Assembly (NCBI GenBank): GCA_964016885.1 | Contig: OZ024744.1 | Coordinates: 82,398,001 to 82,462,000, forward strand | DNA: 64,000 bases | Reading direction: 5' to 3' | DNA from: Eledone cirrhosa | Taxonomy: Eukaryota | Part shown: piece after piece, positions 43,990-57,347 of the stretch | Numbering within the stretch: the first letter of the stretch is position 1 | Layout: each line of letters starts with the position of its first letter | Made by a program: the position numbers and the translations under genes | The notes under the pieces: model-generated | The model's input: the letters and a program-made list of their open reading frames with translations, nothing else | What the model was told of the DNA's origin: nothing | The model's database searches: none

Positions 43990-46664
43990 AATGTCCAATC
44001 TCAAATCTTTTCTCCGCCAGCTCCATTCTACTCTCAAGCGCTTCGCCCCCTATATACATTCAATCCTCCCTGCATCCTTCCAACCTCATCTTCACCAAAA
44101 CACGATACAACAGTCACATCACATTTTTAAGTTGCTCTCTCCACCACAACCTCATGCCCCGCAGTTTCCGCCTCAAGTTTCACCCCGCCTCTTACATTGC
44201 TCCCACCACTTAGCCCAGCCTTACCCGACCCTCTCACCAGCTCATGCGGACGACCATTCGATCAACTCTCGCCCAAATCCGTTCTCTCGACCGAGATCTC
44301 TCCAAGGCCTACCTCAATCTCTCCTCCACTTGCCACCCTTTCCTCGCCCAATCCCTTATCCAATTCATCCTTTACCTCAATGGCTTCCTTTTCAATTTCC
44401 TCACTTCCGTAAAAAACCATAAACTCGACTCTCTCCGCTTCCCGCCTGCCGTCACCACCCATACTCATATCACCTCCAGCCCTAACCCCTCTATCCTGTC
44501 ACCTACCACCCTCTTTCCTCTTCCCACCACTGAATATGTGCACACGCTTTGCCCAACCACCTTGACCTCATCTACTTGCGACGAGTTCCGCACACGTGCC
44601 GAGAATGAAGGGTTCTTCCGTCGATTAAAGCTGAAAGCTTTTTTTCACGGCCCGCCATCATCGACACAGACGGATGACTTCACTCGTCTCAGTCGCCGGC
44701 AAACACATTGGACCCCGAGCTCTGGCCAGTTCAGCACCCTCGACTTCTTTGTCGATACTTGCCGGCGTACTGTGAATCGGTTCCGTTCCCACCAGCATTC
44801 TCGTCGCTCTAACATCACGTGAACTGAGCTCTCCGCTCTTCTCAACCTTCGGTGTCGCGATGACATTGTTATCAACCCGCTGACAAAGGTGGCGTTGTGG
44901 TGGTTTGGAGCGTTGACCTCTATAGGGCTGAGGCTCTCCGCCAGCTTCACAATACCCTTTTTACCGCCCTTTATCCTCCGACCCCACTCCTGGCTACCAA
45001 CAACTTGTGTCCTCCACCATCCACGAGCTCATCTCCTCTTCTCACCTAACCCCCACAGCCACCAACCTTATTTTACGCACCCCTAGCACATCCACCATCT
45101 ACTTCCTCCCAAACATACACAAACAAAATAATCCCGGCCATCCTATCGTTTCTGCGTGCAACTGCCCCACCGAGATAATTTCTGAATATTTAGACACCAT
45201 CCTCGCCCCATTGGTCAGCAATCTCCCCTCCCACGTCCACGATACAAACCATGCCCTTAGACTCTTCAACTCTGTCTCCATCCCTCCTGGTCCCTCCCAC
45301 CTTCTCTTTACCCTGGACATCACCTCTCTCTATACCGTCATCCCTCATGATGACGGCGTCCGCACTCTCCAACATTTTTTAGATTTACGCCCTACCCCTT
45401 ACCTCAGCACTACCACTCTTCTCCGTCTGGCTGAGCTTGTTCTCACCCTCAATGGATTTTCTTTTTCAGGTGAATTTTATCAACAGGTCTCTCGGTAGCG
45501 ATGGGAACCAGAATCGATCCAAACTATCCCAACTTGTTACGTCGAAGCCCAGATCTTCTCCCAGTACGCTTGACCGACTCCTGAGCTATACGGTCATTAT
45601 ATCGACGACTGTGTCGGCGCCACCTCTCTATCACGAGAACAGCTCGACTGCTTTTTTTCTTTTGTCCTATCTTTTCATCCTGCTCTCAATTTCACCGCCT
45701 CCGTCTCCGATTCTTCTGTCGCTTTTCTAGATACCTCTCTATCTATTAATCACTCTCACCACACCCTCTCTACTTCCATCTTCATCAAACTAACAGACTC
45801 CCAATCTTAACTTGATTCATCTCCTCCCATCCAACCCACACCATCCAACCCACACCAAACACTCCATACCCTATTCCCAATTCCTCAGTCTTCGTTGACT
45901 CTGTAGCCAGGACGACGATTTCGAAGCCCATTCCCTTCACATCGCTTCCTGCTTCATCCAGCGAGGATATGCCCCCATCCAGATCCAAGCTGCTCGCACT
46001 CGCGCCCGTGAAACAGACCGCACCACAGCCCTTTCACCTCATCCCCGACCTCCCAACACCCGTGTTCCTTTCCCTCTCACCTATCACCCCATCACCCTAC
46101 CACTCCGGCGACATATCCTCCGTTCCTTCCGTATCCTCTCTTCTGACTCCATCACATCTCGCTTTTTTCCAAACCCACCCATTACTGCTTTTAAGCGCGC
46201 CCGCAACCTCCGCGACCTCCTGGTTCGCAGTTCCTTTTCATCCTCTCCCACGATCCACCCGGCTCTCATCCTTGTTTCCGTTCCAACTGCAACACTTGTC
46301 CCTTAGTTTCCACCCTCCCCACTCTTACAGGCCCTAACGGGTCTTTCCGTATCCGCCATTCCTTCACCTGCACATCCACCCACGTTGTCTATGCCCTCCA
46401 GTGTTCCCTTTATATATCGGACAAACGAGACGCCGTATGGCGGACCGTTTTGCCGAACATTTGAGGGACAAACGACTCGGTTTGGATACTCCTGTCGTCC
46501 GTCATTTTTGTTCTCCTGGTCATTCTTCCCTACATGTTTCAGTCCTGGGTGTCCTTTTACATCATGGATCACAGGCCTCGCGCACCAGGACTGAACAATA
46601 TCTGATTCAACGCCTTGGGTCCTATTCCCCTCTTGGACTCAACTCACCTCCCCAATTTCTCTAA
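43990..46664 (+). pseudogene. PLE reverse transcriptase + GIY-YIG, multiply frameshifted
   Basis: DKGG, YFLPNIHK..PGHPIVS, LDITSLYT, AMG, YIDD (~45598), VVY..LYIGQT..RFAEH, PLGLN. Confidence 0.9.
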
Positions 46665-47068
46665 TACCCTCCCCCCATTATCACACCCCTAGATTCCTAT
46701 CGCTTTCTCTTGATCATTAGCAGCTTCTCTTACAACTAATACATGCGGACTATATATGCTCACTCCACTTTTCCCTTCACTGCGCTGAATATACACATAC
46801 ACACTCTTTTACTCACATATACACACACATTTCTTCTTGCTTCGTACGGCCGTATAATAACACACACACACACATGCTTACGCACGTACACAAGTATAAC
46901 TCTTTTTACAAAACTTTTTTTTTTTTCCATTTCAGGTAGACGCGCTCCATCATCCACTTTTCTAAAAAATAAATCATACACAAAACGCCAGCACCGACAG
47001 TTTTGCGAGAGACATTTTTTCCAATTCCAACTCACCCGTCCCCTCAATCTATCTTATTTCTCATTCTT

Positions 47069-47104
47069 TCTTCCGATGAAGGATTAGCGTCCGAAACGTT
47101 AAGA
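47069..47104 (+). ncRNA. Hammerhead in the 3' pLTR, core mutated (CCGATGA)
   Basis: Paralogue of 43602-43635. Confidence 0.6.
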
Positions 47105-47182
47105 CCCTCTTCCTGCTATATCAAGCGTTAACCTAATATATGCCTTCCATATACTGTTGATATTTCTGTTTACTTACATACA

Positions 47183-47264
<82 letters not shown>

Positions 47265-47307
47265 GATATGTATGTATGTATATATACATACATATATATA
47301 TATATAT

Positions 47308-47409
<102 letters not shown>

Positions 47410-47504
47410 GTATATATATATACATACATGTATACATATATATATGTATATTATATATATCTATGTATAAATATTTATATATATATATATTTATTACATA
47501 ATCA

Positions 47505-47775
47505 CACACAAGAAGAAACTGCTGAATAACAGAATTGAACGAACATTATTCTGCCGTCACAGAACTAAAACCCTTTTTTCCCACTACAAGCCGAACATTA
47601 CATAAAAGAGGGACATCCCCCAACTATATAAACCTTAATCTAGTTAGAAAAATATAAAAACAATCTCTTCTCAACATATATTAATAACCTTAAATTACCA
47701 CACTAATAATGGAAAGATATGCTGATGAGAATAGGTACAAATATGCGATAATGAATGTGTCTAAAAACGACCATA
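47505..47775 (+). mobile_element. PLE 3' fragment of another family
   Basis: Translates [19 protein letters not shown], like the LN.R.E...CRH C-terminus of PLE GIY-YIG; CTGATGA at 47722. Confidence 0.6.
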
Positions 47776-47872
47776 AGTATGTATATATATGTGAAAATGT
47801 ATATAAATAAGTAAATATATATATATGTTTGATGTGTATAGTTAGATGTAAGTGTATTCATGTATTAAAGTG

Positions 47873-47981
<109 letters not shown>

Positions 47982-48289
47982 ATGTATATATGTGTATATG
48001 GATGTATATGTATGTGTATGTGTGTACACATGGACTAGAGTATGTATGTATATATGTGTGTGTCTATACGTGTGTATATAAAGATAAGTTGAGTATGAAA
48101 ATGTATACACATGAGCGCGTATGTATGTACATGAATACATGTGTGTATATATATGTGTATGCATGTGTATATATATGTAAGTATGAATATGTGAATTGTG
48201 AGTATATGTATTTTGTAGAGGTGTGCAAATATATTTGTTTGTGAATGCGTGGGTGAAAGGATACGTAGACTTGAAAGAAAAATTTAAGT

Positions 48290-48700
48290 CTGAATGTTAA
48301 TTAAGTGCAAACACAAAACCAACCACGCATATCTTTACTATCTCTAATCCTTCTATAGATTTAGAAAAATAACCAATAATATATTCTATAAAAAATGTCA
48401 AAACAACAGATGGGAATCTAATTACTCACTGCCACCAAGAATTCTCACTGCTATCGAAAAACCACTCCTTCAACTATTCTTCTAACAACTTCACCCCTCC
48501 CTCCTAATATTCTCTATAAAAACTAAATAGGTCCTCAGTAATATTATTCTGATGAAATGACAGTAAATAATAACATTGAAATATTGAATGTCTGCATAAC
48601 TAAAAGTTTGTAGATAGCAGCTGTTTTAGGTTATGTAACTGTTATAGAAACACGTGTCAATAAATTCCTTTCAACTAAACTGTATCCATTCAAATCTTTC
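48290..48700 (+). mobile_element. Decayed PLE 3' fragment
   Basis: LITHCHQEFSL remnant; CTGATGA-AATG...CATT-GAAA at 48549-48581. Confidence 0.5.
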
Positions 48701-48704
48701 TATT

Positions 48705-48735
<31 letters not shown>

Positions 48736-48742
48736 GTATATA

Positions 48743-49109
48743 TCAACTAGAAATTGATTGACATAAATATATCTAAAATAAACATATGAAACAATCACAG
48801 GGAGTAATTTGTAAAGTGTGTAAGCATACACAGCTAGGTACGTAACTAATTAAAGTTTAACTAGAACTTCAAATATAGATACCTTTTAAAGTAATTAATC
48901 TTCCTTATATATATGTGATTAAAGAAATATATTTCACCATCAATCTGTAAATCACAGTAGTCAAATCCTGGATTTTCAACAAGGGAGAAGATTTATCATT
49001 TTAAAAGGTATCTATATTTGAAGTTCTAGTTAAATTTTAATTAGTTACGTACTTAGCTGTGTGTGCTTACACACTTTACAAATTATTCCCTGTGATTGTT
49101 TCAAATCTT

Positions 49110-49184
<75 letters not shown>

Positions 49185-49201
49185 TATCAATTTCTAGTTG
49201 A
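48743..49201. repeat. Inverted repeat with ~110-bp spacer
   Basis: 48787-48890 is the reverse complement of ~49000-49103; outer TCAACTAGAAATTGAT / ATCAATTTCTAGTTGA. Confidence 0.85.
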
Positions 49202-49341
49202 CATAAAATGCTCGGATCTATTCATTGGAATCTTTGAGCATATTCTACAGTGGATATGGTGCATGCCTCTCGGACATGACATCCTTAATTTAATTTTGGA
49301 TATATATATATGTATATATATGTGTATGTATATATATATAC

Positions 49342-49852
49342 ATAAGTATGTATACGTACATACATATATGTATACAGACGTACAGTAGTATGTATATATA
49401 CACATACATGCACACACATATATATATGTACGTATGGATTTACCGAACATTTATTATAATGCTCGGTTTGTTTGTAAACAAACATCCCGAATTAAGCCGT
49501 ACAGTGCTCGGCAACCATCGTCGCTCTTTTGTTCAACACTGGCAAAGGAACGATGTACTAGTTTCAAGCTTATTAGCTATCGTCAGCACCGTATGCCTTC
49601 CTGCCAGATGATTGAACGTCTGAAAGTACATCGTTCCTTTGCCAGTGTTGAACAAAAGAGCGACGATGGTTGCCGAGCACTGTACGGCTTAATTCGGGAT
49701 GTTTGTTTACAAACAAACCGAGCATTATAATAAATGTTCGGTAAATCCATACGTACATATATATATATATATATGTGTGTGCATGTATATATATATATAT
49801 ATATACTACTGTACGTCTGTATACATATATGTATGTACGTATACATACTTAT
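49342..49852. mobile_element. PLE-like palindrome, ~220-bp arms and 65-bp spacer
   Basis: Arms 49342-49559 and 49625-49852. Confidence 0.8.
49551..49591 (-). ncRNA. Minimal type I hammerhead ribozyme
   Basis: CGGTG-CTGACGA-T-AGCT.AATA.AGCT-T-GAAAC-TA-GTA^CATCG; stem I CGGTG/CATCG. Confidence 0.75.
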
Positions 49853-49908
49853 ATTTAAGTAACAGCCGTACTAAGAGTGAGAAATTAAATTTCGTTTCAT
49901 TTTTTTCC

Positions 49909-49949
<41 letters not shown>

Positions 49950-49978
49950 GACACATACACACACACACACACACACAT

Positions 49979-50039
<61 letters not shown>

Positions 50040-50298
50040 CAATGCATAGATCATATTTCAGGCTTTCCTCGAAGACATAAGAATGAGTAGGGATAATGGA
50101 TAAGGAGTAAATGTATTCAAGCTTTATCAACAGAGCTGTATCAGCTGCAAACTGAAAATATGACATTAGAATCAAATACCAAAATTCACAGAATTAGATC
50201 TGAACCATACATACAAATAATTAGTAGACAAAGCTAATGACATACGATACACAGAAATGAAAGAACAATTAGGAAAGAGTACTACTGAAGATTTAGAC

Positions 50299-50589
50299 CC
50301 GTCATGGGAAACCTGTGGCCCGCGAAATTTTCTGAATGGCTCGCCCAAGTCACCTAGGTGAATTCTTTCTGATTTTTTTACCCCACATTTTCAGTCGTAA
50401 TTTATCTTTCTATCATTTTTACGATCGAGGAAAACAACGTGTACGAATTCTGAAGAAACAAATAAAAACAACCTGAGTTACCGCCCTTTTTTTTAATGTG
50501 GGCAACAATGTAAATTAGCGCATGCGGCCTGCCTGATGATGAGTCATATCTCATGCGGCTCGCTTCTCGGAAAAGGTTACCCATGCCTG
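50299..50589 (-). mobile_element. hAT-type MITE, second copy
   Basis: Reverse complement of 14482-14790; TSD ATTTAGAC / ATTTAGCC. Confidence 0.88.
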
Positions 50590-51034
50590 ATTTAGCCTAA
50601 TACCAAAAACTGAACTCATTGATCATTATCCCATTTATAAATTACGGTTGTAATATGAGAAACAGTAAGTTAAAAGAATTAAAGAGCTTAGGCAGAAAAA
50701 GTAGGCAACTATCGAAAGTTTTCCGAAGTCATCTCGTCAAAGTAGATATAGATAGACTATACCTACTCACAAAGAGGATGGGCACTTATACAAAACTACT
50801 GCAAATAACAACGTTAAGACTAGAAAAATATTTAAAAGTAAGGAAAAGGAAGCTGATAAGGAAACATGAAAAAAAATGTTTCTTTATACAAGGAAACGAT
50901 GACGTAAAATTAGTACACTAACTAGACTGAAATAATAGATTTAGATGAGGAAAAACAACTGTGGAGACACACACATAACACGAAAAAACACACACACACG
51001 CACACACATGCAGACAGACGCACGCATACAAAAT

Positions 51035-51911
51035 ACATAATGATTTTCTAATTTAGGCACTGGGCACTTTAATTTTAGGGTGAGAGGAAAAAGTCGATTA
51101 CTGGTACTTTATTTGCACTGGGTTCGATGTAGATACATAATGATTTTTACTAAAGGCACAAGGCCAGTAATTTGGGGGAAAGGGAAAGTGGATTGTAGAT
51201 ACATAATTGTTTCTACTTTAGGCACAAGGCCAGCAATTACCCAGTGCATTACTGGTACTTTATTTTATCGACCCCGTAAGGATGAAAGGCGGGATTTGAA
51301 CTCAGATTGTAGATACATAATACAAACGAAATATATGTAAACAGAATTTCAAAATATCCCAAATAAAAAGATAAGAGTAAAACCACTGTGTGGGCCAAAT
51401 CCCACAAGTCTCACCTGAAAGTAAATAAACAAATGCGAAAACTTACAAAGTTTGGAAAACTCTTGAGATGAAAGTAAAAACAGGTCTGATTGTAGCTTTA
51501 CAAGACCCATTAGCTGCAACAAACAACTCTAAAAATAAAATAATGGATTCTGGTTTAGTGACAAAGCCAACAATTTTGGTGGAGGGGAAAGTCGATTGAA
51601 TCGACACCACTGCATTACTGCTACTTTATTTTATCGCCACCGTAAGGATAAACGGCGAAGCTAATCTCGACAGGATTTGAACTCAGAACGTAAAGAACCG
51701 TAACTCTATGCCGCAAAGCATTTTATTCGATGCTCTACCGATACTGCCAATCCACCGTCCTATAAAAATAAAATAATTGTTTCCACTTTTGGCACAAGGC
51801 CAGCAATTAACCAGTATATTACTGGTACTTTATTTTATCGACCCCGTAAGGATGAAAGGCAAAGTTAACTTCGGCGGGATTTGCACTTAGAACGTAAAGG
51901 CCCATAACTCT
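51035..51911 (-). mobile_element. Cluster of family 1 SINE copies and fragments
   Basis: Pieces at ~51040, 51140, 51205-51305, 51555-51760, 51773-51911. Confidence 0.85.
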
Positions 51912-52964
51912 ACAAATAATACAAGTGCAGAGTATGCAACCAGTAGAATAAGAATGTTGATCATATCTCCTCTAGCTGATCAACACTTGTCAAGTCTTAA
52001 TAAATACACGAAGGAATTCGTGACAATGGATATGAATTTGCATAAACATGTACCAGGCTGTGTACACGACAATGACCCAGCCGCAAGCATATGTAACATG
52101 CTTTTCCAAACTGACATAGAGATCAAGTCAAACCACCATGATATAAAAGTCAGAGAATCTAACGAAATTACCCCACATGTTGATAAACATCGTGATACTT
52201 TCTTGCCCAAAACATTGCCCGAAAGAAATAAGAGAAGCTGTGGAAATGTAAAGATCTCGAAATTGAAATACCATGTGAAAGCAGTAAAAATTATACCTGA
52301 AGCACTAGGTATGATAAATGATACAAGCAAAAAACACAAACAAAACTATAGGGAAATATAACGTAACACACTAAAACCAGCTGCACGAGGTTCAGACCAC
52401 ATGAAAAACACTTTTCAACAGCATACTCTCAGCGCACAGTATATATCCAACCCTAAATTGAATAACACATCTCACATCACACATACTCAATACGATCAAT
52501 ATCCAGTAAAATAATGCAACACACACACACACTTCTACACAACCGATACCCAATACTATAATAATAACATCTTAGGCAATTCACATCTGTGTCAGAAATA
52601 TGTAACACCGATCAAAGAAAGCATACGAATCATTGTTGCTTCTCATACTGTAAAATTCATTGCGATTTAGCGAGGATATTTTGTTCCATGTGTTCTTTCA
52701 TCTCAGGTTCTTAATTTCTTTCGTTATTATATATTTCTGTATTATTAGCTTCATACTTTTTTAGTTGTGTGTTTTTGTTATTGATTTGTTAAGGATTAAG
52801 AAATCGCTTGTTTTAATTTCTAACTTTTATAATATCGGTGTTTCCCATATCGTTTCGATGAGGGATTGATATTCCTATAAAAGTAGGGGTGAGAGATTAT
52901 TCACGATTTGTTTTGTTTTTTTGAAAGTACAGGGGCTGCTGCAGAAATTATTTCATTTAAGCTA

Positions 52965-53117
52965 GTGATATTATGGGCATGTGATTAGAATGTCTCAGGA
53001 AAGAATCGTTGAACAGATATTACGGGCAAAATCAACCGACAGGAGTTCCAGGGTTCGACCCCGAGCAAGATGGTTGGATAACATCTATGAGTTCGGCTAT
53101 TCTCGCTTGAGGATACA
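52965..53117 (+). mobile_element. RTE-type LINE C-terminal fragment
   Basis: GHVIRMSQERIVEQIL...RPRARWLDNI. Confidence 0.65.
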
Positions 53118-53286
53118 GAAGAAGAAGAAGAAGATGAAGAAGAAGAAGAAGAAGAAGAAGAAGAAGAAGAAGAAGAAGAAGAAGAAGAAGAAGAAGAAGA
53201 AGAAGAAGAAGAAGAAGAAGAAGAAGAAGAAGAAGAAGAAGAAGAAGAAGAAGAAGAAGAAGAAGAAGAAGAAGAAGAAGAAGAAA
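53118..53286. repeat. (GAA)n microsatellite
   Basis: Direct reading. Confidence 0.97.
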
Positions 53287-56200
53287 TAAAGTAAATGTCT
53301 AATGATAAAATCTCATACCGGATCGGCCGTCACCCGGGTAAAAATGGGCCGCGTCGCTCAGAGAGGAACCAGACTGGGGTCGAAAAATCCATCACTTCGG
53401 AGCTGGAGACCTCCCATAACCGGAATACTCCTACTGTTGGCCCTCCATGCTCACCACCAAGAAATCCAAAGAAAAAGAGAGAAAAATGGTCAAGGGAAGA
53501 TAATAAAGAAGTCCTTGAGGCTTTCTACACTGCCATGTACTACCCATCAAATACATCGAATGCAGAACAGACATATATCAACTGGAAAAAGAAACATCCC
53601 GAAAACAGAGGCTATATTGACAGTAACAAACTAGCCAATATACGAAGAAATATTGTAAGAAAAAAGTTACTAACTGATATAGAAATTGATCAGATCAAGC
53701 TATTAGCACAAAGTCAGCGAAGGGAAAATGAAACATGTGTCAGTGAAAACGAGGTAAACTGTAACACTTCGAATCCCAGGGTTGGGGCGGAATTACTGGC
53801 AACAGAACAAATTAAAGAAAGGATCGAAAAAGTGGAGGGAGTGCATGCTCAGGATGAAACTCCAAATGAAAATAATGAGATCGTAAATGATAAGGAAATG
53901 AATGAGAATGAACTTGCCAACTTGAAGGATGAAATTATGATCGAATGGATGAAAATGAAAGAATCTGACATGGGGTAACGAGACACCCTCCCTAAGATCC
54001 AGAACTCCAAACAGAACCAAAAGATAATACACAAGACTAACATAATTCTCAAAAACATTATCATCACAAACAAACTAAACATTACTGATTTAAATCATCT
54101 CTATTATGCATCGGCTAAAGTCACCACTCACTTATGTGGAGTGAAGATGAAAAAACAAAGGAATTCCCACAAGAAATCTACTTGGCAAGAGAACATCAAT
54201 CGCCAAATAAACCTTCTCCGATCTGACATAGAAATTTTAACAAACTATAAAGTAGGTGAACATGTTAAACAAACTAAACTTAGAAAATTGAAAAAAAAGT
54301 ACAGTATAAAATCAACATGTGACATAGGCATGCTGATAGAAATAATCAAGCAAAAAGTGTCGGGCAAAGCTGCTCGTATAAGGCGCTTTGAAAAACGATC
54401 TAGATTCTATAAGGACAATAATATGTTCAAAAACAACCAAAGAAACTTCTACAGAAAAATTGGTAAGTCAACAATAACTGCTAAATCAATACCACCCAAG
54501 GAGGAAGTGCAAGAATTCTGGGAAAAGATCTGGGCCGAAGAAAAAGTTCGTAACATACATGCCCCATGGATAGACAGACAAATGAAAGATACAGCTCACC
54601 TTGAGGAACAAACATGGGAAAATATAACAGTTGAACAGTTGCGCTTGGCTCTAAGAAAAACCAGCAAATGGAAATCCCCAGGAAAAGACAAAATACAAAA
54701 CTTTTGGATAAATGCCTTCACAGAGTCTCATGAGCTGTTAGCCCAACTTTACAATGAAATAGTTAAGGAGCCAGAAAAGATACCTTCATGGCTAGTTAGC
54801 GGCATTACATTCCTGCTTCCGAAGAATGATGAAACAAACAATCCCAAAAATTACAGACCGATAACTTGCTTGACCACAATGTATAAAATTTTATCATCAG
54901 TCCTAACTGAATACACATATGACCACCTGATAACAAATGACCTATTTCCCATTGAGCAGAAAGGGTGTAAACGAGGCTCATATGGCTGTAAGGATCAGCT
55001 TCTGGTTAACAAAAGGATACTGGAAGATTGTCATAATAGACACAAAAATCTATCGATTGCTTGGATAGATTATAAAAAAGCATTTGATGGTTTGCCACAC
55101 TGTTGGATTGAAAAATGTTTAGAGATTTTCAAAGTATCCCCCGTTGTCAGAAGGTTTTTGTCATTCAGTATGAAGACATGGAAAACGACACTCCTTTTGA
55201 ATAGGGAAACAAAATCACTGGAAGCTGGAGAAGTTAATATTAAATGTGGAATTTTTCAGGGTGACTCTTTATCACCGCTTTTATTCTGCATCGCACTTAT
55301 ACCATTAAGTAAAATGCTCAATGAAACAAAACATGGATATAAAGTCTATGACAAAACCATTAATCACCTGTTCTACATGGATGACCTGAAACTATTTGCA
55401 GAAAATGATGAACAATTGCAAGGGCTATTATCCACTGTGAAGCAGTTCAGTGATGACATTAAAATAGAGTTTGGACTAGATAAATGCGCCAAAGCAACGT
55501 TCACCAGAGGAAAGCTGCTGAAGAGTTCAGACATTAATCTTGATCGGGGGAACGTGATAAGAGAACTTGATCAAGAAAAAACTTACAAATATCTAGGTGT
55601 TTGTGAAGGAGACGGAATCAAGCACTCGACAATGAGGGAAAGGATAAGGAAGAAATGTTACCGCAGCGTAAGAGCAATTTTAAGAACGGAATTGAATGCA
55701 AGGAATAGGATCGATGCCATAAACACGCTTGCCATACCAGTAGTAACCTACAGTTACAATGTCATCAACTGGTCAAGCACAGAGATCCGTAGGCTCGATA
55801 CAAAAATTCGAAAATTCTTAACCATGCACAGAATGCATCACCCTAAGGCAGATATAGATAGAATATATCTCCCTAGGAAAGAAGGAGGACGTGGGTTAAT
55901 CCAGTTAGACATTGCGTTGAAAACTGCAACAATTGGATTATCTACATATCTAAGGGAATCACATGATTGGATGATCAAACTCGTTTTGAAACACGAAAGC
56001 ATCAAAAGATCATATTCCATTACAAAAGATGCACAAAGATACAGTAATGGACTACAAATTTCAGAAGTCCCATTTACTGCTGAAATGGAAAACACAGAAA
56101 AAGCAAAGCAGGTAAAAGTAACTCCAAAGAAAGAACTGCTACAGAAACTGGCTAAGAAATGGCAAGAAAAGCCTCTGTATGGAAAATACCCAGAGCGAGC

Positions 56201-57090
56201 TAACAATCCTGATGTTGACAAAACTTTAACCCATCAGTGGTTGGCATCCTCTGGACTGAAATCGGAGACTGAAGGACTGATTATATCGGCACAAGATCAG
56301 TGTCTGCCAACAAAAAATTACCAAGCCAACATAATAAAAAATGGGTGCAGCCCATTATGCCGTGTATGCAAAAAACAACCAGAGACCATTGACCATATAA
56401 TTTCAATGTGCAGTCCTATAGCTCCAACCGAATACCTAAATAGGCATGACAGAGCTGCACAATACATACATTGGATAATGTGTAAGCATTTTGGCCTGCC
56501 CCATCAAAAGAATTGGTGGGAGAATCGACCACCTCCCATACTTGAAAAAGATCACATCTCAATCTTGCGGAACTTTAGCATCCAAACAGACCGAAAAATA
56601 GATGCAAACAGACCTGATATAATATTGAAAGACTTTCAAAAGAGGGTATGCCTGCTAGTTGATATGTCTGTTCCAATAGACAAGAATGTATCTATAAAAA
56701 CATTTGAAAAATTGAGCAAGTATAAGGACCTGGAGATAGAAATTGGAAAAATGTGGAAATTGAGAACTAAAACAATACCAGTGGTTGTAGGCGCTCTGGG
56801 AATGATACCTAAGGGGTCTAATGATTACATATCGCAAATCCCAGGAAACCCGCGTATAGGAGAAATACAAAAGATAGTATTAATGGGAACTGCCCATATA
56901 CTAAGGAAGATTCTGTCAATATAAGTACATCACAAGTTTAAACACTAAAGATGCATGTGTGAATATGTATGTTCTTTCTTGAACATGGCGGACCTTGTTG
57001 TCTCTTGAGGTCACTGGTTGTGACTTGGTGATAACTCGTATGAACATAAAGCAAGATAAATGCAACTGTAATAATAATAATAATAATAAT
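53287..57090 (+). mobile_element. R4/Dong-like RLE LINE family Y, near intact, (TAA)n tail
   Basis: Single long reading frame, ~145-bp 3'UTR, (TAA)n. Confidence 0.93.
53295..56924 (+). pseudogene. RT-RLE polyprotein with one in-frame stop (53976-53978)
   Basis: ORFs 53295-53978 and 54141-56924 share a frame; KSPGKD, NYRPIT, QGDSLS, YMDD, CRVC..HIISMC, RHD, RPD..D. Confidence 0.9.
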
Positions 57091-57347
57091 ATTAATGCTT
57101 TCTTTATTAACCACAAGGGTTTACAAAAAGTAGACATTAAGGACAGTACAGGACAATACAGGACGGTACAAATGGGCATTCTTGCGTGTAAAAAAAAACA
57201 AAAGCAGGAGGTAGCAAAGAATAACAATGAAAAATTCCCCAATAGGGGAGCGACTTCCGATAGACATTTGTGGTGAAAGCCCATTAAAAGGCCAGAGCGA
57301 CCCTGACCACCAGGGCAAGTGCCCTCTCCCAGTTTTCCACCTTTAAT

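Larger units (their letters stand above)
43396..47178 (+). mobile_element. Penelope-like element with direct pseudo-LTRs
   Basis: Direct repeats ~43396-43725 and ~46900-47178 bracket a decayed RT plus GIY-YIG; (CA)n/(TA)n flanks. Confidence 0.92.
50200..52420 (+). pseudogene. Ancient decayed R4/Dong-like LINE interrupted by a MITE and SINEs
   Basis: Remnants EMKEQL..EYY, VDIDRLYL, KCRVC, FQTDIEIKSNHHDI, IIPEALGMI are colinear with the 54141-56924 protein. Confidence 0.7.

Noticed and set aside
52981-53289. Poly-lysine protein
   Set aside because: RTE remnant reading into (GAA)n
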